Source: an uncultured Planctomycetaceae bacterium
GTDB lineage: Bacteria; Planctomycetota; Planctomycetia; Planctomycetales; Planctomycetaceae
Direction of reading: 5' to 3'
DNA length: 42,825 nt
Assembly (NCBI GenBank): GCA_963976765.1
Contig: CAXBME010000007.1
Location: forward strand, 248,001 to 290,825
The position numbers and the translations under genes are program-made. The notes beneath the pieces are model-generated. The model saw nothing but the letters and a program-made list of their open reading frames with translations. It made no database searches and was not told the DNA's origin. Shown here piece after piece: positions 19,191 to 29,096 of this stretch; the stretch's first letter is position 1; each line of letters starts with the position of its first letter.

Positions 19191-20489
19191 TCAGTCTCTT
19201 TCGGCCTGTGCGACAGCCGTGCCAGGCGAAGGAGCTCGGAGGGCTTTCAGGAAGGCGATGAGATTCTCACGGTCGGAGCTGCTGATGCCTTCGAGATATT
19301 TCTCGCGAGTGTGTTTGGCGTCGCCGCCATGTTTTTCGATGGCGTCTTCGAGCGTCGGTGACGAGCCGTCGTGCAGGTACGGAGCCGAATCGGCGACGCC
19401 CCACAGCGGTGGCGTTTTCCAGTCAGCGAGTCCCGGCACGTTTGGTGGCATCGGCACTTCAGGTTCGCGGACGTAGCCATTGTGGTCCGGGTCGGAAATG
19501 TTGTGCAGACACAGGTCGCTGTAGAGACCTTTCACGCCGCCGAGGTCGGGCGTGTGGCACTCAACGCAGCCTATTTCTGAAAAGACCTGCCGGCCGCGAA
19601 CAACTGCTGAGTGTTCTTTCGAGTTTCGCGGCATCACCAGCTCCGGACGTTCCAGCGTCAGGCAGAATGTGGTGAGGCTGTCGAGCTGGTGGCTGGTCAT
19701 GTCGAATTCGGCGTTCTCGTCTGCTGTAAATTTGCCCGGTTGATCCTGCCGCCGGTACGAGTTGGACAATCCAATTTCGACGGCGCAGGCGGTCGCGACA
19801 AACTCTTCGATCGTGGCGAACTGAGCCTTCCAGCCGAATTTGCCAACGCGACCGTCTGGCAGCACTCGGACCTTGCCCATCGTCGCGTCGAAGTCGCCCT
19901 GAAACTCTTTCCCCAACGCTGTCAGGCTTTGTCCCCAGGCATTCTTCCGGATCGACCAGTCAGAGATGCCGTCGATCAGGCCGGCACCAAACAGAGCTGG
20001 AGTGTTGATCGCTTCAAACTCGACCGGGTTGAAATCTTCCAGCCGGACCTGGCAGTTGCCGATCACGGTTACACCGCCAGGGATGATCGGGAACTGCTGC
20101 TGAACCTGCTCGTCGGTTTCCAGCAGATGCTCGGCTGTCGCGTTGGCATGAACGACTCCGCCATACATGCGGGAATCGTTCCGGTTCGGCAACACCGAGA
20201 ACGCTCTCACATTGTGTTTGTTTTCGCCGGCCCCGCCCGTGCCACCTTGCGAATGACAGGCCACGCAGGAGTTTGCATTGAACACCGGTCCAAGCCCGTC
20301 GCCTTCTCCGGACAGGGGATCGTTCGGCTTCCATTCATGAATAAACAGTTCCCGGCCTTCCGCCGTCAGCTCCTGTTTCGACGGAGCGATCAACCAGGCA
20401 AAGCCCTGAGTGATTCCCCAAAGCATGACCAGGGCACCGGCGACGCAAAACACTTGCCGCCGTCGATCCAATGTTTGCCAGAGTTTCAT
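19191..20489 (-). CDS. Di-heme oxidoreductase family protein (DUF1111/DHOR-like c-type cytochrome)
   Basis: GDGLGPVFNANSCVACH, PALFGAGLI, GKFGWKAQ, GCVECHTP and WKTPPLWGV...PYLHDG. The ATG at 20489 has GGAG upstream. N-terminal transmembrane anchor. Confidence 0.88.
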   Translation of the reverse strand: MKLWQTLDRRRQVFCVAGALVMLWGITQGFAWLIAPSKQELTAEGRELFIHEWKPNDPLSGEGDGLGPVFNANSCVACHSQGGTGGAGENKHNVRAFSVLPNRNDSRMYGGVVHANATAEHLLETDEQVQQQFPIIPGGVTVIGNCQVRLEDFNPVEFEAINTPALFGAGLIDGISDWSIRKNAWGQSLTALGKEFQGDFDATMGKVRVLPDGRVGKFGWKAQFATIEEFVATACAVEIGLSNSYRRQDQPGKFTADENAEFDMTSHQLDSLTTFCLTLERPELVMPRNSKEHSAVVRGRQVFSEIGCVECHTPDLGGVKGLYSDLCLHNISDPDHNGYVREPEVPMPPNVPGLADWKTPPLWGVADSAPYLHDGSSPTLEDAIEKHGGDAKHTREKYLEGISSSDRENLIAFLKALRAPSPGTAVAQAERD

Positions 20490-20679
20490 GGGCAAGCTCC
20501 AAACTCGATCGAAAAGATGCGTCCCTGATTCTGCAGCGGAGTCGTATGATGCCGGGCAGGCAGCGTGAGATCCAGCTCTGAATTGTTTCGCAGGTACGGT
20601 CGAAAGTTATTTCGGATCCTGCCTGAGAAACATCGTCAACGGAATTGATCGTCGACTTTCAACAATTGTCGGCAGAGTT

Positions 20680-21282
20680 TTAAGACGTGCTGCCCTGGAA
20701 AAGGCCCCGCGACTGGATGAATTCCTCGACAGCTCGCGGCACCAGGTAGCGGATCGATTTTTCTTCAGAGACACGTCTGCGAAGGTCCGTTGCCGAAATT
20801 GAAATTCCAGGCATCGTGACCAGTCGCACTCTGCTGGCCAGTTCTGAATTCAAGTCGGCGGTCAGTTCTTCGAGCGAAGCTTCACCTCGATTGACCGCGA
20901 TGACCGATGCCAGTTCGGCAATAGCTTCCGGTTCCTTCCAGGTGGGAAAGTCGCGTAGCGAATCAGCTCCGATCAGCAGAAAGAATTCGTCGTCGGGGCG
21001 TTCGTCGTGCAGTTGTCGCAGCGTGTCGACCGTCCAGGAAACGTCCTCCCGCCGGAGTTCAATTTCCGACACGACAAACTCCGGACGTCCGGCTGTCGCC
21101 AGTTTCAGCATCTCAACACGGTCATCATCCGGTGAGAGCGAGCCGACATCTTTGTGTGGTGGAATCTTCGTTGGGATAAACCAGACTTCGTCGAGCTGAC
21201 ACTGCTCGCGGCACTGTTCAGCCAGCAGCAGGTGCCCGTTGTGGACCGGATCGAATGCTCCGCCGAAGATCCCAAGACGCAT
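20680..21282 (-). CDS. nadD: Nicotinate-nucleotide adenylyltransferase
   Basis: GIFGGAFDPVHNGH, PPHK, LIGADSL and ISATDLRRRV...SIRYLVP. Confidence 0.93.
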   Translation of the reverse strand: MRLGIFGGAFDPVHNGHLLLAEQCREQCQLDEVWFIPTKIPPHKDVGSLSPDDDRVEMLKLATAGRPEFVVSEIELRREDVSWTVDTLRQLHDERPDDEFFLLIGADSLRDFPTWKEPEAIAELASVIAVNRGEASLEELTADLNSELASRVRLVTMPGISISATDLRRRVSEEKSIRYLVPRAVEEFIQSRGLFQGSTS

Positions 21283-21308
21283 AATGATTCCACAATCTTT
21301 GACACGTT

Positions 21309-22751
21309 CTACGCGATTAAGTCTTCGACGACGTGGCCGTGGACGTCGGTCAGGCGGAAGTCTCGACCGGCATAACGGTACGTGAATTTTTCGTGGTCGA
21401 AGCCGAGCAGTTTGAGCATCGTCGCGTGCAGATCGTGGACGTGGACTTTGTCCTCAACGGCTTTGAAACCAAACTCGTCGGTCGCTCCGTGAACGTGCCC
21501 GCCTTTTACGCCACCGCCCGCCATCCACGTCGTGAAGCCCCAGTGGTTGTGATCGCGACCGTTGATCTTGCCGGCGTTTGACCCCTTCTTGGGAAGTTCG
21601 ACGACCGGCGTTCGACCGAACTCTCCGCCGCAGATTACCAGCGTGTCGTCCAGCAGACCTCGTTCCTTCAGGTCTTTGAGCAGCGCTCCGATCGCCTGGT
21701 CACATTGCTTCGCCAGCCGCCGATGATTCTTCTCGATGTCGTCGTGGTTGTCCCAGGGCTGACCGGCGCCATGCCAGAGCTGAACCATGCGAACACCACG
21801 TTCGATCAGCCGTCGCGCGATCAGAATTTGTCGAGCCTGGACGCCCGGACCGTAAGCGTCCTGAATGTGTTTCGGCTCGCGAGACACATCGAAGGCGTCT
21901 TCCGCGTCTCGCTGCATACGGTAAGAAAGTTCGAACGACTGGATCCGGGATTCGAGCTGTGGATCGTGGCCGCGCTGTTCGAGATGCCGCTGGTTGAACT
22001 CCTGCAACAGATCAAGCTGCCGCCGCTGGCTGGTTCTCGAAACCGATCCGTTGCGGATATTTTCAATCAGCTTGTCGAGTTCCGTGTTGTTAGTGTCGAG
22101 GTGTGTGCCCTGGTAAACGCCGGGCAGAAAGCCTGCCTGCCAGTTCTGCGACTCCTGAATCGGATACCCGCCGGGACACATCGCAATGAAACCGGGCAGG
22201 TTCTGATTCTCGCTGCCAAGCCCGTACGTCAGCCACGACCCGACACTCGGTCGCACCAGTCGAGCTTCGCCACAATTCATCAACAGAAGCGACGGCTCGT
22301 GATTCGGCACGTCGGCGTGCATCGACCGCACGACGCAGATGTCGTCTATCGACTGAGCTGTGTGATGAAACAGCTCGCTGACTTCGATACCGCTTTCTCC
22401 ATACCGGCGAAACGAGTACGGCGACTTGAACGCCGCGCCGGTTGGACGCTCGGTCTTCAGGTTCGGGATCGGCAGTTCTTTGCCGTGCCACTTCGTCAAC
22501 TCGGGCTTTGGATCGAACGTGTCAACGTGCGAGCAGCCTCCGTTCAAAAAGATGTGGATAACCCGCTTTGCTTTGGCCGGAAAGTGCGGCTGCTTTGGAG
22601 CCAGCGGGTTGATCGGTTCTCCGTCGGCGCGAGCTTTCGAAGACAACATGCCGCTGTCATCAAGCAGGCTCGCCAGACCAAGCGACCCGAAACCGAGTCC
22701 GCTGCGTGACAAAAGTTCGCGACGACTGATTGGAGAAAAGTTGCTGTTCAT
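21309..22751 (-). CDS. DUF1501 domain protein with Tat signal
   Basis: SRRELL twin-arginine motif. PAKAKRVIHIFLNGGCSHVDTFDPKP, WDNH, GEFGRTP, GRDH and HDLHATML...RDFRLTDVHG. Confidence 0.9.
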   Translation of the reverse strand: MNSNFSPISRRELLSRSGLGFGSLGLASLLDDSGMLSSKARADGEPINPLAPKQPHFPAKAKRVIHIFLNGGCSHVDTFDPKPELTKWHGKELPIPNLKTERPTGAAFKSPYSFRRYGESGIEVSELFHHTAQSIDDICVVRSMHADVPNHEPSLLLMNCGEARLVRPSVGSWLTYGLGSENQNLPGFIAMCPGGYPIQESQNWQAGFLPGVYQGTHLDTNNTELDKLIENIRNGSVSRTSQRRQLDLLQEFNQRHLEQRGHDPQLESRIQSFELSYRMQRDAEDAFDVSREPKHIQDAYGPGVQARQILIARRLIERGVRMVQLWHGAGQPWDNHDDIEKNHRRLAKQCDQAIGALLKDLKERGLLDDTLVICGGEFGRTPVVELPKKGSNAGKINGRDHNHWGFTTWMAGGGVKGGHVHGATDEFGFKAVEDKVHVHDLHATMLKLLGFDHEKFTYRYAGRDFRLTDVHGHVVEDLIA

Positions 22752-23051
22752 TGTTGAGCGATCCGGGAAGGAGGGATCAGGGAGGCAGGCAAATCAATGG
22801 AGGAACCAGGATTATCGTCAGAATTCAGGCTGGACGCGAGGCATGAAGTTATTCAGAAGAAGTTTTGAACGCAGAGAAACAGGAGATCACTCGTTTTCTC
22901 TGCGAGTCATCGGCGAACTCTGCATTCCATTCTTGACAGGTTTAACACTGTCGACCTGTCGAAAAACGGGTGCTTTGTGCGAATTGCAGAAGCACCATAC
23001 AACTTGCCACCTCATAGTGTCAGACCTTAATTGCCTTGCTGATCCGTCGAA

Positions 23052-23672
23052 ATGAACACGCAAACAGAAACAACGGTCGGAGGAATCATCCTGTGCGGAG
23101 GGCATAGCCGTCGTATGGGCCGACCGAAGTTCTCGCTTCAGTTTGGGGACGAGGTGCTGTTGCAACGTGTCTGCCGGCTTCTCGCCGAAGTTGTGTCGCC
23201 GATCGTTGTTGTCGCGGCGGAAGGGCAGGAATTGCCGGCGCTACCTGACGAAGTGCTCATTATTCGGGACGAGTACGATTCGCTCGGTCCGCTGGCCGGG
23301 ATCGCGACCGGGCTGGACGCTCTTCCCAAGGAAGTCGATGCGGCGTTTGTGACTTCGTGCGATGCTCCATTGCTTCGACCGGAGTTCGTCCGACGGTTAA
23401 TTGAGCTGCTCGGCGACCACGATGTGGCGGCTCCGACCGACGGGCAATACGATCACGTCCTCGCGGCGGTTTATAGAACGAAGCTGGCCGACCACGCGCG
23501 ACGATTGCTGGCGGAAGAGCGGCGGAGGCCGTTGTTCCTTGTCGACGAGACAGACTCGTTGAGAGTCCACGTGGACGAACTTCGCGGCGTCGATCCGAAC
23601 CTTGACTCTCTTCGAAACATGAACACGCCGGAAGACTACAACGACATCCTTCAACTCGTCTGCCTCAACTGA
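23052..23672 (+). CDS. mobA: Molybdenum cofactor guanylyltransferase
   Basis: ILCGGHSRRMGRPK, GPLAGI, TSCDAP and NMNTPEDY. Confidence 0.9.
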   Translation: MNTQTETTVGGIILCGGHSRRMGRPKFSLQFGDEVLLQRVCRLLAEVVSPIVVVAAEGQELPALPDEVLIIRDEYDSLGPLAGIATGLDALPKEVDAAFVTSCDAPLLRPEFVRRLIELLGDHDVAAPTDGQYDHVLAAVYRTKLADHARRLLAEERRRPLFLVDETDSLRVHVDELRGVDPNLDSLRNMNTPEDYNDILQLVCLN

Positions 23673-23675
23673 AAC

Positions 23676-24926
23676 ATGACTCATTCAGAAGTCACATCCG
23701 GGAAACACGACGTCCGCATGCGAGGATTCCGCTCGCGAACGACTGTCGAAAATGCGCTGAGCTGGATCGACGCGACTGTTCCGTCGCTGGACGCAGTGGT
23801 CGTAGACCTCGCCGACGCACACGGGCGAGTGCTTGCGTCAGGCGTCGCGTCGCCGATCAACGTACCGGCGTTTGACCGCTCGGCAATGGACGGCTTTGCG
23901 TTGACGTCTGCTGAGACGGTAGGGGCCGGCGACTACAACCCGCTTTCGTTTCGGGTCGTCGGAGCGTCGATGCCGGGGCAGCCGTACTTGGGCAACGTGG
24001 GAACGGGCGAGGCGGTCAGAATCATGACGGGGGCTCCGATTCCCAGTGGGGTCGATGCTGTCGTGCCGGCTGAGTTCGCGACGGTTCGCGGCGACCTGGT
24101 CGAAGTCACGACCACTGTCGCTTCGCAGAAGCACATCGGTCGGATGGCTGAAGATGTTGCTGCTGGAGCAACCGTCCTGGAAGCTGGGCATCGATTGAGA
24201 CCACAGGACGTCGGGTTAATTGCATCGTTGGGGCTTTCAGTAGTCGCGGTCGTGCGGCAACCTCGCGTACGAATTGTCGTGACCGGAAACGAACTTGCCG
24301 AACCCGGCTCCGAACGCAGCCCGTTTCAAATCTACGAAGCGAATTCGTACATCATCGCAGGACTGGTGCCGCGAGACGGGGGAGTTCTTTTCGAACGGGT
24401 CCGTTGTCAGGACGACCGTGAATCTATTCTCGCTGCGGTGACGAAATCAGGTGCCGACGTTGTGTTGATTTCCGGAGGCTCCAGTGTCGGCACCGAAGAC
24501 CACGCTCCGAACATCATTCGCGAAGCTGGCGAACTGCCGATTCACGGCATCGCGATGCGACCATCCAGTCCGGCAGGCATTGGTCGGGTCGGTCAGACGC
24601 TGATTTTTCTGTTGCCCGGCAATCCTGTTTCCTGCCTGTGTGCTTACGATTTTTTTGCCGGGCGAGCTATCCGTCGACTCGCCGGCTTGAATCCCGACTG
24701 GCCGCATCGCGCTGAAACCGGGACACTGAAATCGAAAATCGTCTCTCAGGTTGGGCGAGTCGATTACTGCCGCGTCCTCATCAACGATGGCCAGATTGAA
24801 CCGGTTGCTCTGAGCGGTGCATCGATCCTGTCGTCGACAACCCGAGCCAACGGTTTCGTCATTGTCCCGTCGGCTCTGGAAGGATACGCATCCGGTACTC
24901 AGGTCGAAGTCCTACTTTATGCCTGA
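23676..24926 (+). CDS. moeA: Molybdopterin molybdotransferase MoeA, paralogue 2
   Basis: PAFDRSAMDGFA, RIMTGAPIP, TGNEL, SGGSSVG and LPGNPVS. Starts 3 bp after mobA, suggesting an operon. Confidence 0.9.
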   Translation: MTHSEVTSGKHDVRMRGFRSRTTVENALSWIDATVPSLDAVVVDLADAHGRVLASGVASPINVPAFDRSAMDGFALTSAETVGAGDYNPLSFRVVGASMPGQPYLGNVGTGEAVRIMTGAPIPSGVDAVVPAEFATVRGDLVEVTTTVASQKHIGRMAEDVAAGATVLEAGHRLRPQDVGLIASLGLSVVAVVRQPRVRIVVTGNELAEPGSERSPFQIYEANSYIIAGLVPRDGGVLFERVRCQDDRESILAAVTKSGADVVLISGGSSVGTEDHAPNIIREAGELPIHGIAMRPSSPAGIGRVGQTLIFLLPGNPVSCLCAYDFFAGRAIRRLAGLNPDWPHRAETGTLKSKIVSQVGRVDYCRVLINDGQIEPVALSGASILSSTTRANGFVIVPSALEGYASGTQVEVLLYA

Positions 24927-25054
24927 CCGAATTCAGACCAACCAACTGGCAGACATGAATCTGCTTTCTGCGACGTAAATAATCGACTCACTTTGTTCAA
25001 TATTTCCTGACTTCATCCAGACTTAAAGAACCATAGGCCGAAAGTTCGTGACGA

Positions 25055-26131
25055 ATGTCTGCTGACGTAACGGGGATCGACGACCTTGACACTTACTCGT
25101 ACGAGCTTCCCGAAGAACTCATCGCCAAAGAGCCGCCCGAACAGCGTGACGGTGCGAAACTGCTGGTTCTGAATCGTGCCGAGCAGTCAATCGAACATCG
25201 AACGATCCGTGACCTGCCGAGTCTGCTCAGAAAAGGCGACCGGCTTGTTCTGAACGATACCCGAGTCGTGCCGGCTCGAATTATTGGTCATCGAACGGCG
25301 ACGGGTGGCAAGTGGGAAGGTCTCTTTCTGAGGCGTGGTGAAGGTCGTGACTGGCATTTCATCAGTCAGACTCGCGGTCGACTCCTGGCAGGCGAAACGG
25401 TCACCCTGACATCAATCCACGACCCTGGCAACACACCGCCGCTCGACGTGAAGCTCGTCGAACGTGACGCCGATGGCGTCTGGCGAGCACTACCGGATTC
25501 CGACGACGACGTTTTCGAACTTCTGCATCGCTACGGCACCGTTCCGTTGCCGCCGTACATGCAGCGAAAGGTTGCGGCGGATTCAGACTGGGAACGCTAT
25601 CAGACAACTTTTGCCGCGACTCCGGGATCGGTCGCGGCTCCAACTGCCGGGCTGCACTTTACTCCGGAGCTGCTGAACGAGTGTCGCGAACGAGGCATCG
25701 ACCGTTCACAAGTGACGCTGCACGTTGGCATCGGAACGTTCCGCCCGATTTCCGTTGATCGATTGTCGGACCACGACATGCACTCTGAGTGGTGCGAGCT
25801 TTCTGATTCAACGGCAGCAGATCTTCGTCAAACAAAAGCCGACGGCGGGCGAATCGTCTCCGTTGGAACGACCTCCGTGCGGACTCTTGAAACGGCAGGG
25901 CGGACAGGGGCGATCGAGTCCTGGTCCGGCGAAACAAATCTATTCATCCGACCTCCCTACGAGTTCCAGGCAATCGACTGCCTGCTGACCAACTTTCATC
26001 TTCCGAAGTCAACACTGCTCGTACTGGTGTCGGCGCTCGCCGGAACCGACTTTGTCAAAGAGGCGTACCGGATCGCGGTCGAACATCGGTACCGATTCTT
26101 CAGCTACGGCGACGCAATGCTGATTCTGTGA
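25055..26131 (+). CDS. queA: S-adenosylmethionine:tRNA ribosyltransferase-isomerase
   Basis: YELPEELIA, NDTRVVPAR, PLPPY, YQT...GSVAAPTAGLHF, LHVGIGTF, VGTTSVRTLE, TNFHLPKSTLL and YRFFSYGDAM. Confidence 0.96.
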   Translation: MSADVTGIDDLDTYSYELPEELIAKEPPEQRDGAKLLVLNRAEQSIEHRTIRDLPSLLRKGDRLVLNDTRVVPARIIGHRTATGGKWEGLFLRRGEGRDWHFISQTRGRLLAGETVTLTSIHDPGNTPPLDVKLVERDADGVWRALPDSDDDVFELLHRYGTVPLPPYMQRKVAADSDWERYQTTFAATPGSVAAPTAGLHFTPELLNECRERGIDRSQVTLHVGIGTFRPISVDRLSDHDMHSEWCELSDSTAADLRQTKADGGRIVSVGTTSVRTLETAGRTGAIESWSGETNLFIRPPYEFQAIDCLLTNFHLPKSTLLVLVSALAGTDFVKEAYRIAVEHRYRFFSYGDAMLIL

Positions 26132-26158
26132 TTGAATTCTCGCGCGAAGACGCGAATC

Positions 26159-26189
26159 TGCAGAGTGTGTCTCGACGCACTCTGCATTT
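26159..26189. terminator. Hairpin between convergent queA and tsaB, probable terminator
   Basis: Inverted repeat TGCAGAGTGTGTC / GACGCACTCTGCA (one G-U pair) followed by TTT. Confidence 0.5.
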
Positions 26190-26241
26190 CCCACGTTTCT
26201 GTGCTGAGTGTAGGAAATAGTTGGGAGAATCGAGTTTCCCG

Positions 26242-26979
26242 TCAGTTCTGACCGTTGGCTTCGGCTGTGAGTTTTGCTTCTCGTTTTTCTTCGGCAGAAC
26301 TCTTCCGCAGATAGAACGGTTCGAGGTCGAACGCGTCAGCGAATTTGCCTTTCGCGGCGAGCCGTCCCGCGATGGCGGCAACGTTTGCGGCACGCGGTGT
26401 CCAGCATTCTTCCGGCAGGCGAATTACGGACTCCGAGAGTTCATCTGCGACTTTCACCAGTCCAGGACCGGAGACTGAGAACTTCAGGCCTGCCAGTTCG
26501 GCGGCCTGATTCTGCCATGCTTCGCAATCCACAATGGAGATCGGGCCAGTGGATTGCCAGAAACCGCCCGGAGTTCGATGAAAATCAGACACGAATAATT
26601 GTTCGCGCTGAGCATCAGACACAACTTGCAGCCTGGTGATCTCAGGGAAATTGTCGCCGGTTGCGGCCTCGGCGACAGCCTGCAGGGTGTCGACTGCCAC
26701 GATCGAACAGCCAGTCGCGTAGGCAAACGTTTTTGCGAAGACAATTCCGACTCTCAGGCCGGTGAAACTTCCAGGGCCGTGACTGACCGCGACGATTCCG
26801 ACTCTTGACGAGGCGAGGCGATGAGTTCGCAGCAGCTCCTGAACCTCGCTGATCAGCGTTTGAGCGTGACGGCGGCGGGATTGCTCCAGCTCACGTTCTT
26901 CCAGGAGTTCGCCATCGCGTTTCAACGCGATCGTGCCGCACATTCCTGAGGTGTCAACGGCGAGAATGACAGGTGACAT
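26242..26979 (-). CDS. tsaB: tRNA threonylcarbamoyladenosine biosynthesis protein TsaB
   Basis: ILAVDTS, RHAQTL, GPGSFTGLRVG, DAQR and LEPFYLRKSSAE. Confidence 0.93.
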   Translation of the reverse strand: MSPVILAVDTSGMCGTIALKRDGELLEERELEQSRRRHAQTLISEVQELLRTHRLASSRVGIVAVSHGPGSFTGLRVGIVFAKTFAYATGCSIVAVDTLQAVAEAATGDNFPEITRLQVVSDAQREQLFVSDFHRTPGGFWQSTGPISIVDCEAWQNQAAELAGLKFSVSGPGLVKVADELSESVIRLPEECWTPRAANVAAIAGRLAAKGKFADAFDLEPFYLRKSSAEEKREAKLTAEANGQN

Positions 26980-27228
26980 AATTCGGCACGGACTCTCTCA
27001 AAAATACAGTCAGACAAGCGGGTTCACAGAGTTGCAATGCAGAGTCGCTCGCCCCTATCGTTCCCAGCCTCGCTGAGATCGAAGAAGGCGTGGCGAAATC
27101 ATCGCCGCGGTGCTCTGTCTTCGGTCGTTTCCTGCCCTTTGCCGGGTCGCTCTGATGAGAGCACTTCCGGCATTCCCACCGCGTCTGGCGACTTCGTTCA
27201 GAGCGGGCTCGCACGTTAGCAGCACCGC

Positions 27229-29082
27229 ATGTCGGCTGCCACACTTCACAATCTGATCCGCGGATTCGATCTGAAATCGACCGGAAAGTGGTTCCTGCTG
27301 GCTTCACTGGTGGGGGCGGCGTCGGGGCTCGGCGCGATCCTGTTTCAGGTCCTGGGGCAGGTTGTCGTTCAATATTCGCTGGTCCAGTTTGCCGGATTTG
27401 TCCCCGGAGAAGCCAGAGGCGAGCAAGCGTTGTTTCCCCATGCTGAGCACACATTGTCGCTCGGGATGGTGATCGTCGTTATGGGGCTGGGGGGACTTCT
27501 CTCGGGCTTCATCGTCTTCAAGTGGGCTCCGGAAGCTGAAGGCCACGGCACAGACGCCGCCATCGACGCCTTCCATCAGGGCCGTGGTCTGATTCGCGCG
27601 AGAGTACCCATCGTCAAGACGATCACCTCGGCTATCACGATCGGCACCGGAGGTTCGGCTGGCCGTGAAGGCCCGATCGCTCAGATCGGCGCCGGGTTTG
27701 GCTCCTACCTTGCGACCAGACTGCACCTTTCTGATCGAGACCGCCGGATCATGCTGGCATCCGGAATGGCTGGCGGCGTGGGAGCCATCTTTCGTGCACC
27801 GCTCGCAGGCGCACTCTTTGCCGGTGAAATTCTTTATCGCGAAGGAGACATCGAGTCAGACGTCGTTGTTCCGGCGGCGATTTCGTCAATTGTCAGCTAC
27901 AGCGTTTACAGCCTGTTTATGCCAGCCGACGCGGCGTTTCTGCCGCTGTTCGGAAACGGCCTGCACTATCAAATTTCATCTCTGGCCGAATTGCTGCCGA
28001 TGGCGTTGATGTCGATCGTGCTGGTACTGGCTGCTGTCGTTTACATCAGAACGTTCTATGGCCTTCATAAAATCTGCAAGCAGATCACGGTCGTTCCGAA
28101 TTTCGTGAAGCCAGCCATCGGAGCTGTTCTTGCGGGACTGGTCGGCGTCGGCCTCCATCTGACTTTTGATCAGGGCGACAGCCGAGCCACTCTGGCCGTT
28201 CTCTCAACCGGCTACGGATCGCTGCAGACAGCTCTGGAAGATCCAGCGAAACTCGGCATCGGTACGCTGCTGCTGATCGCTGGCGGAAAAGTGCTGACTA
28301 CCTCACTGACAATCAGCACTGGTGGATCGGGTGGAGTGTTTGGACCGTCGATGGTTATCGGCGGCTGCGTCGGAGCGGCACTTGGATTGTGGTTTCAGGA
28401 TCTGTTTGGCATCCAGACGCATCCTGGAGCGTATGCCATTATCGGCATGGCCGGCTTCTTTGCCGGAGCGGCTCATGCGCCGATCTCGACGATCATCATG
28501 GTTTCCGAGATGACCGGCGACTACAAGCTGCTGCTGCCCACAATGTGGGTGTCGACGCTTTGTTTTCTGCTGTGTCGACGCTGGACTCTATACGTCAAAC
28601 AGGTTCCGACAAGACTGGAATCGCCAGCGCACAAGGGTGACTTTATCGTCGACGTGCTGGAAGGACATCGTGTCAAAGACGTCTTCCAGAAACGCGACAA
28701 CATTCGCCGCGTTCCGGAATCAACGTCGCTCGACGACATCGTTCACATTCTGGCAGAAACTCACCAGCACTACTTCCCGGTCGTTGACGACAACGGAAAA
28801 ATGGTCGGCATTTTCTCCGACGATGACGTGCGAGCCTACCTGTTTGACGAGACGATCTGGCGTCTGGCGGTTGCAAGAGACGTCATGACGACGAAGCTGG
28901 TCAGTGTCTCGCCAGAGGACGACCTCAACACCGCCTTGAGATACTTCACCGCCATGAATCTCGACGAGCTGCCCGTCCTGGACGCAGACAATCCCGGTGA
29001 ACTTCTGGGCATGCTGACTCGTCGAGAAACCATCGCCTTCTACAACCGTCGAGTGATGGAACACAAACAGGCGGCTGAGTAA
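27229..29082 (+). CDS. ClC family chloride channel/transporter with C-terminal CBS pair
   Basis: PEAEGHGTD, GGSAGREGP, FRAPLAG, GSGGVFGP and APISTIIMVSEMTG. CBS domains (FPVVDDNGKMVGIFS; LPVLD...LLGMLT). Confidence 0.92.
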   Translation: MSAATLHNLIRGFDLKSTGKWFLLASLVGAASGLGAILFQVLGQVVVQYSLVQFAGFVPGEARGEQALFPHAEHTLSLGMVIVVMGLGGLLSGFIVFKWAPEAEGHGTDAAIDAFHQGRGLIRARVPIVKTITSAITIGTGGSAGREGPIAQIGAGFGSYLATRLHLSDRDRRIMLASGMAGGVGAIFRAPLAGALFAGEILYREGDIESDVVVPAAISSIVSYSVYSLFMPADAAFLPLFGNGLHYQISSLAELLPMALMSIVLVLAAVVYIRTFYGLHKICKQITVVPNFVKPAIGAVLAGLVGVGLHLTFDQGDSRATLAVLSTGYGSLQTALEDPAKLGIGTLLLIAGGKVLTTSLTISTGGSGGVFGPSMVIGGCVGAALGLWFQDLFGIQTHPGAYAIIGMAGFFAGAAHAPISTIIMVSEMTGDYKLLLPTMWVSTLCFLLCRRWTLYVKQVPTRLESPAHKGDFIVDVLEGHRVKDVFQKRDNIRRVPESTSLDDIVHILAETHQHYFPVVDDNGKMVGIFSDDDVRAYLFDETIWRLAVARDVMTTKLVSVSPEDDLNTALRYFTAMNLDELPVLDADNPGELLGMLTRRETIAFYNRRVMEHKQAAE

Positions 29083-29096
29083 GACACTGTCGATTC

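Noticed and set aside
22752..23051. Possible Moco riboswitch, ModE box or sigma70 promoter (TTGACA at 22933) upstream of mobA-moeA
   Set aside because: There is no ModE-type TATATA palindrome and no -10 element at proper spacing. The hairpin at about 22933-22962 is not enough to call a riboswitch. A cmscan against Rfam would be decisive.
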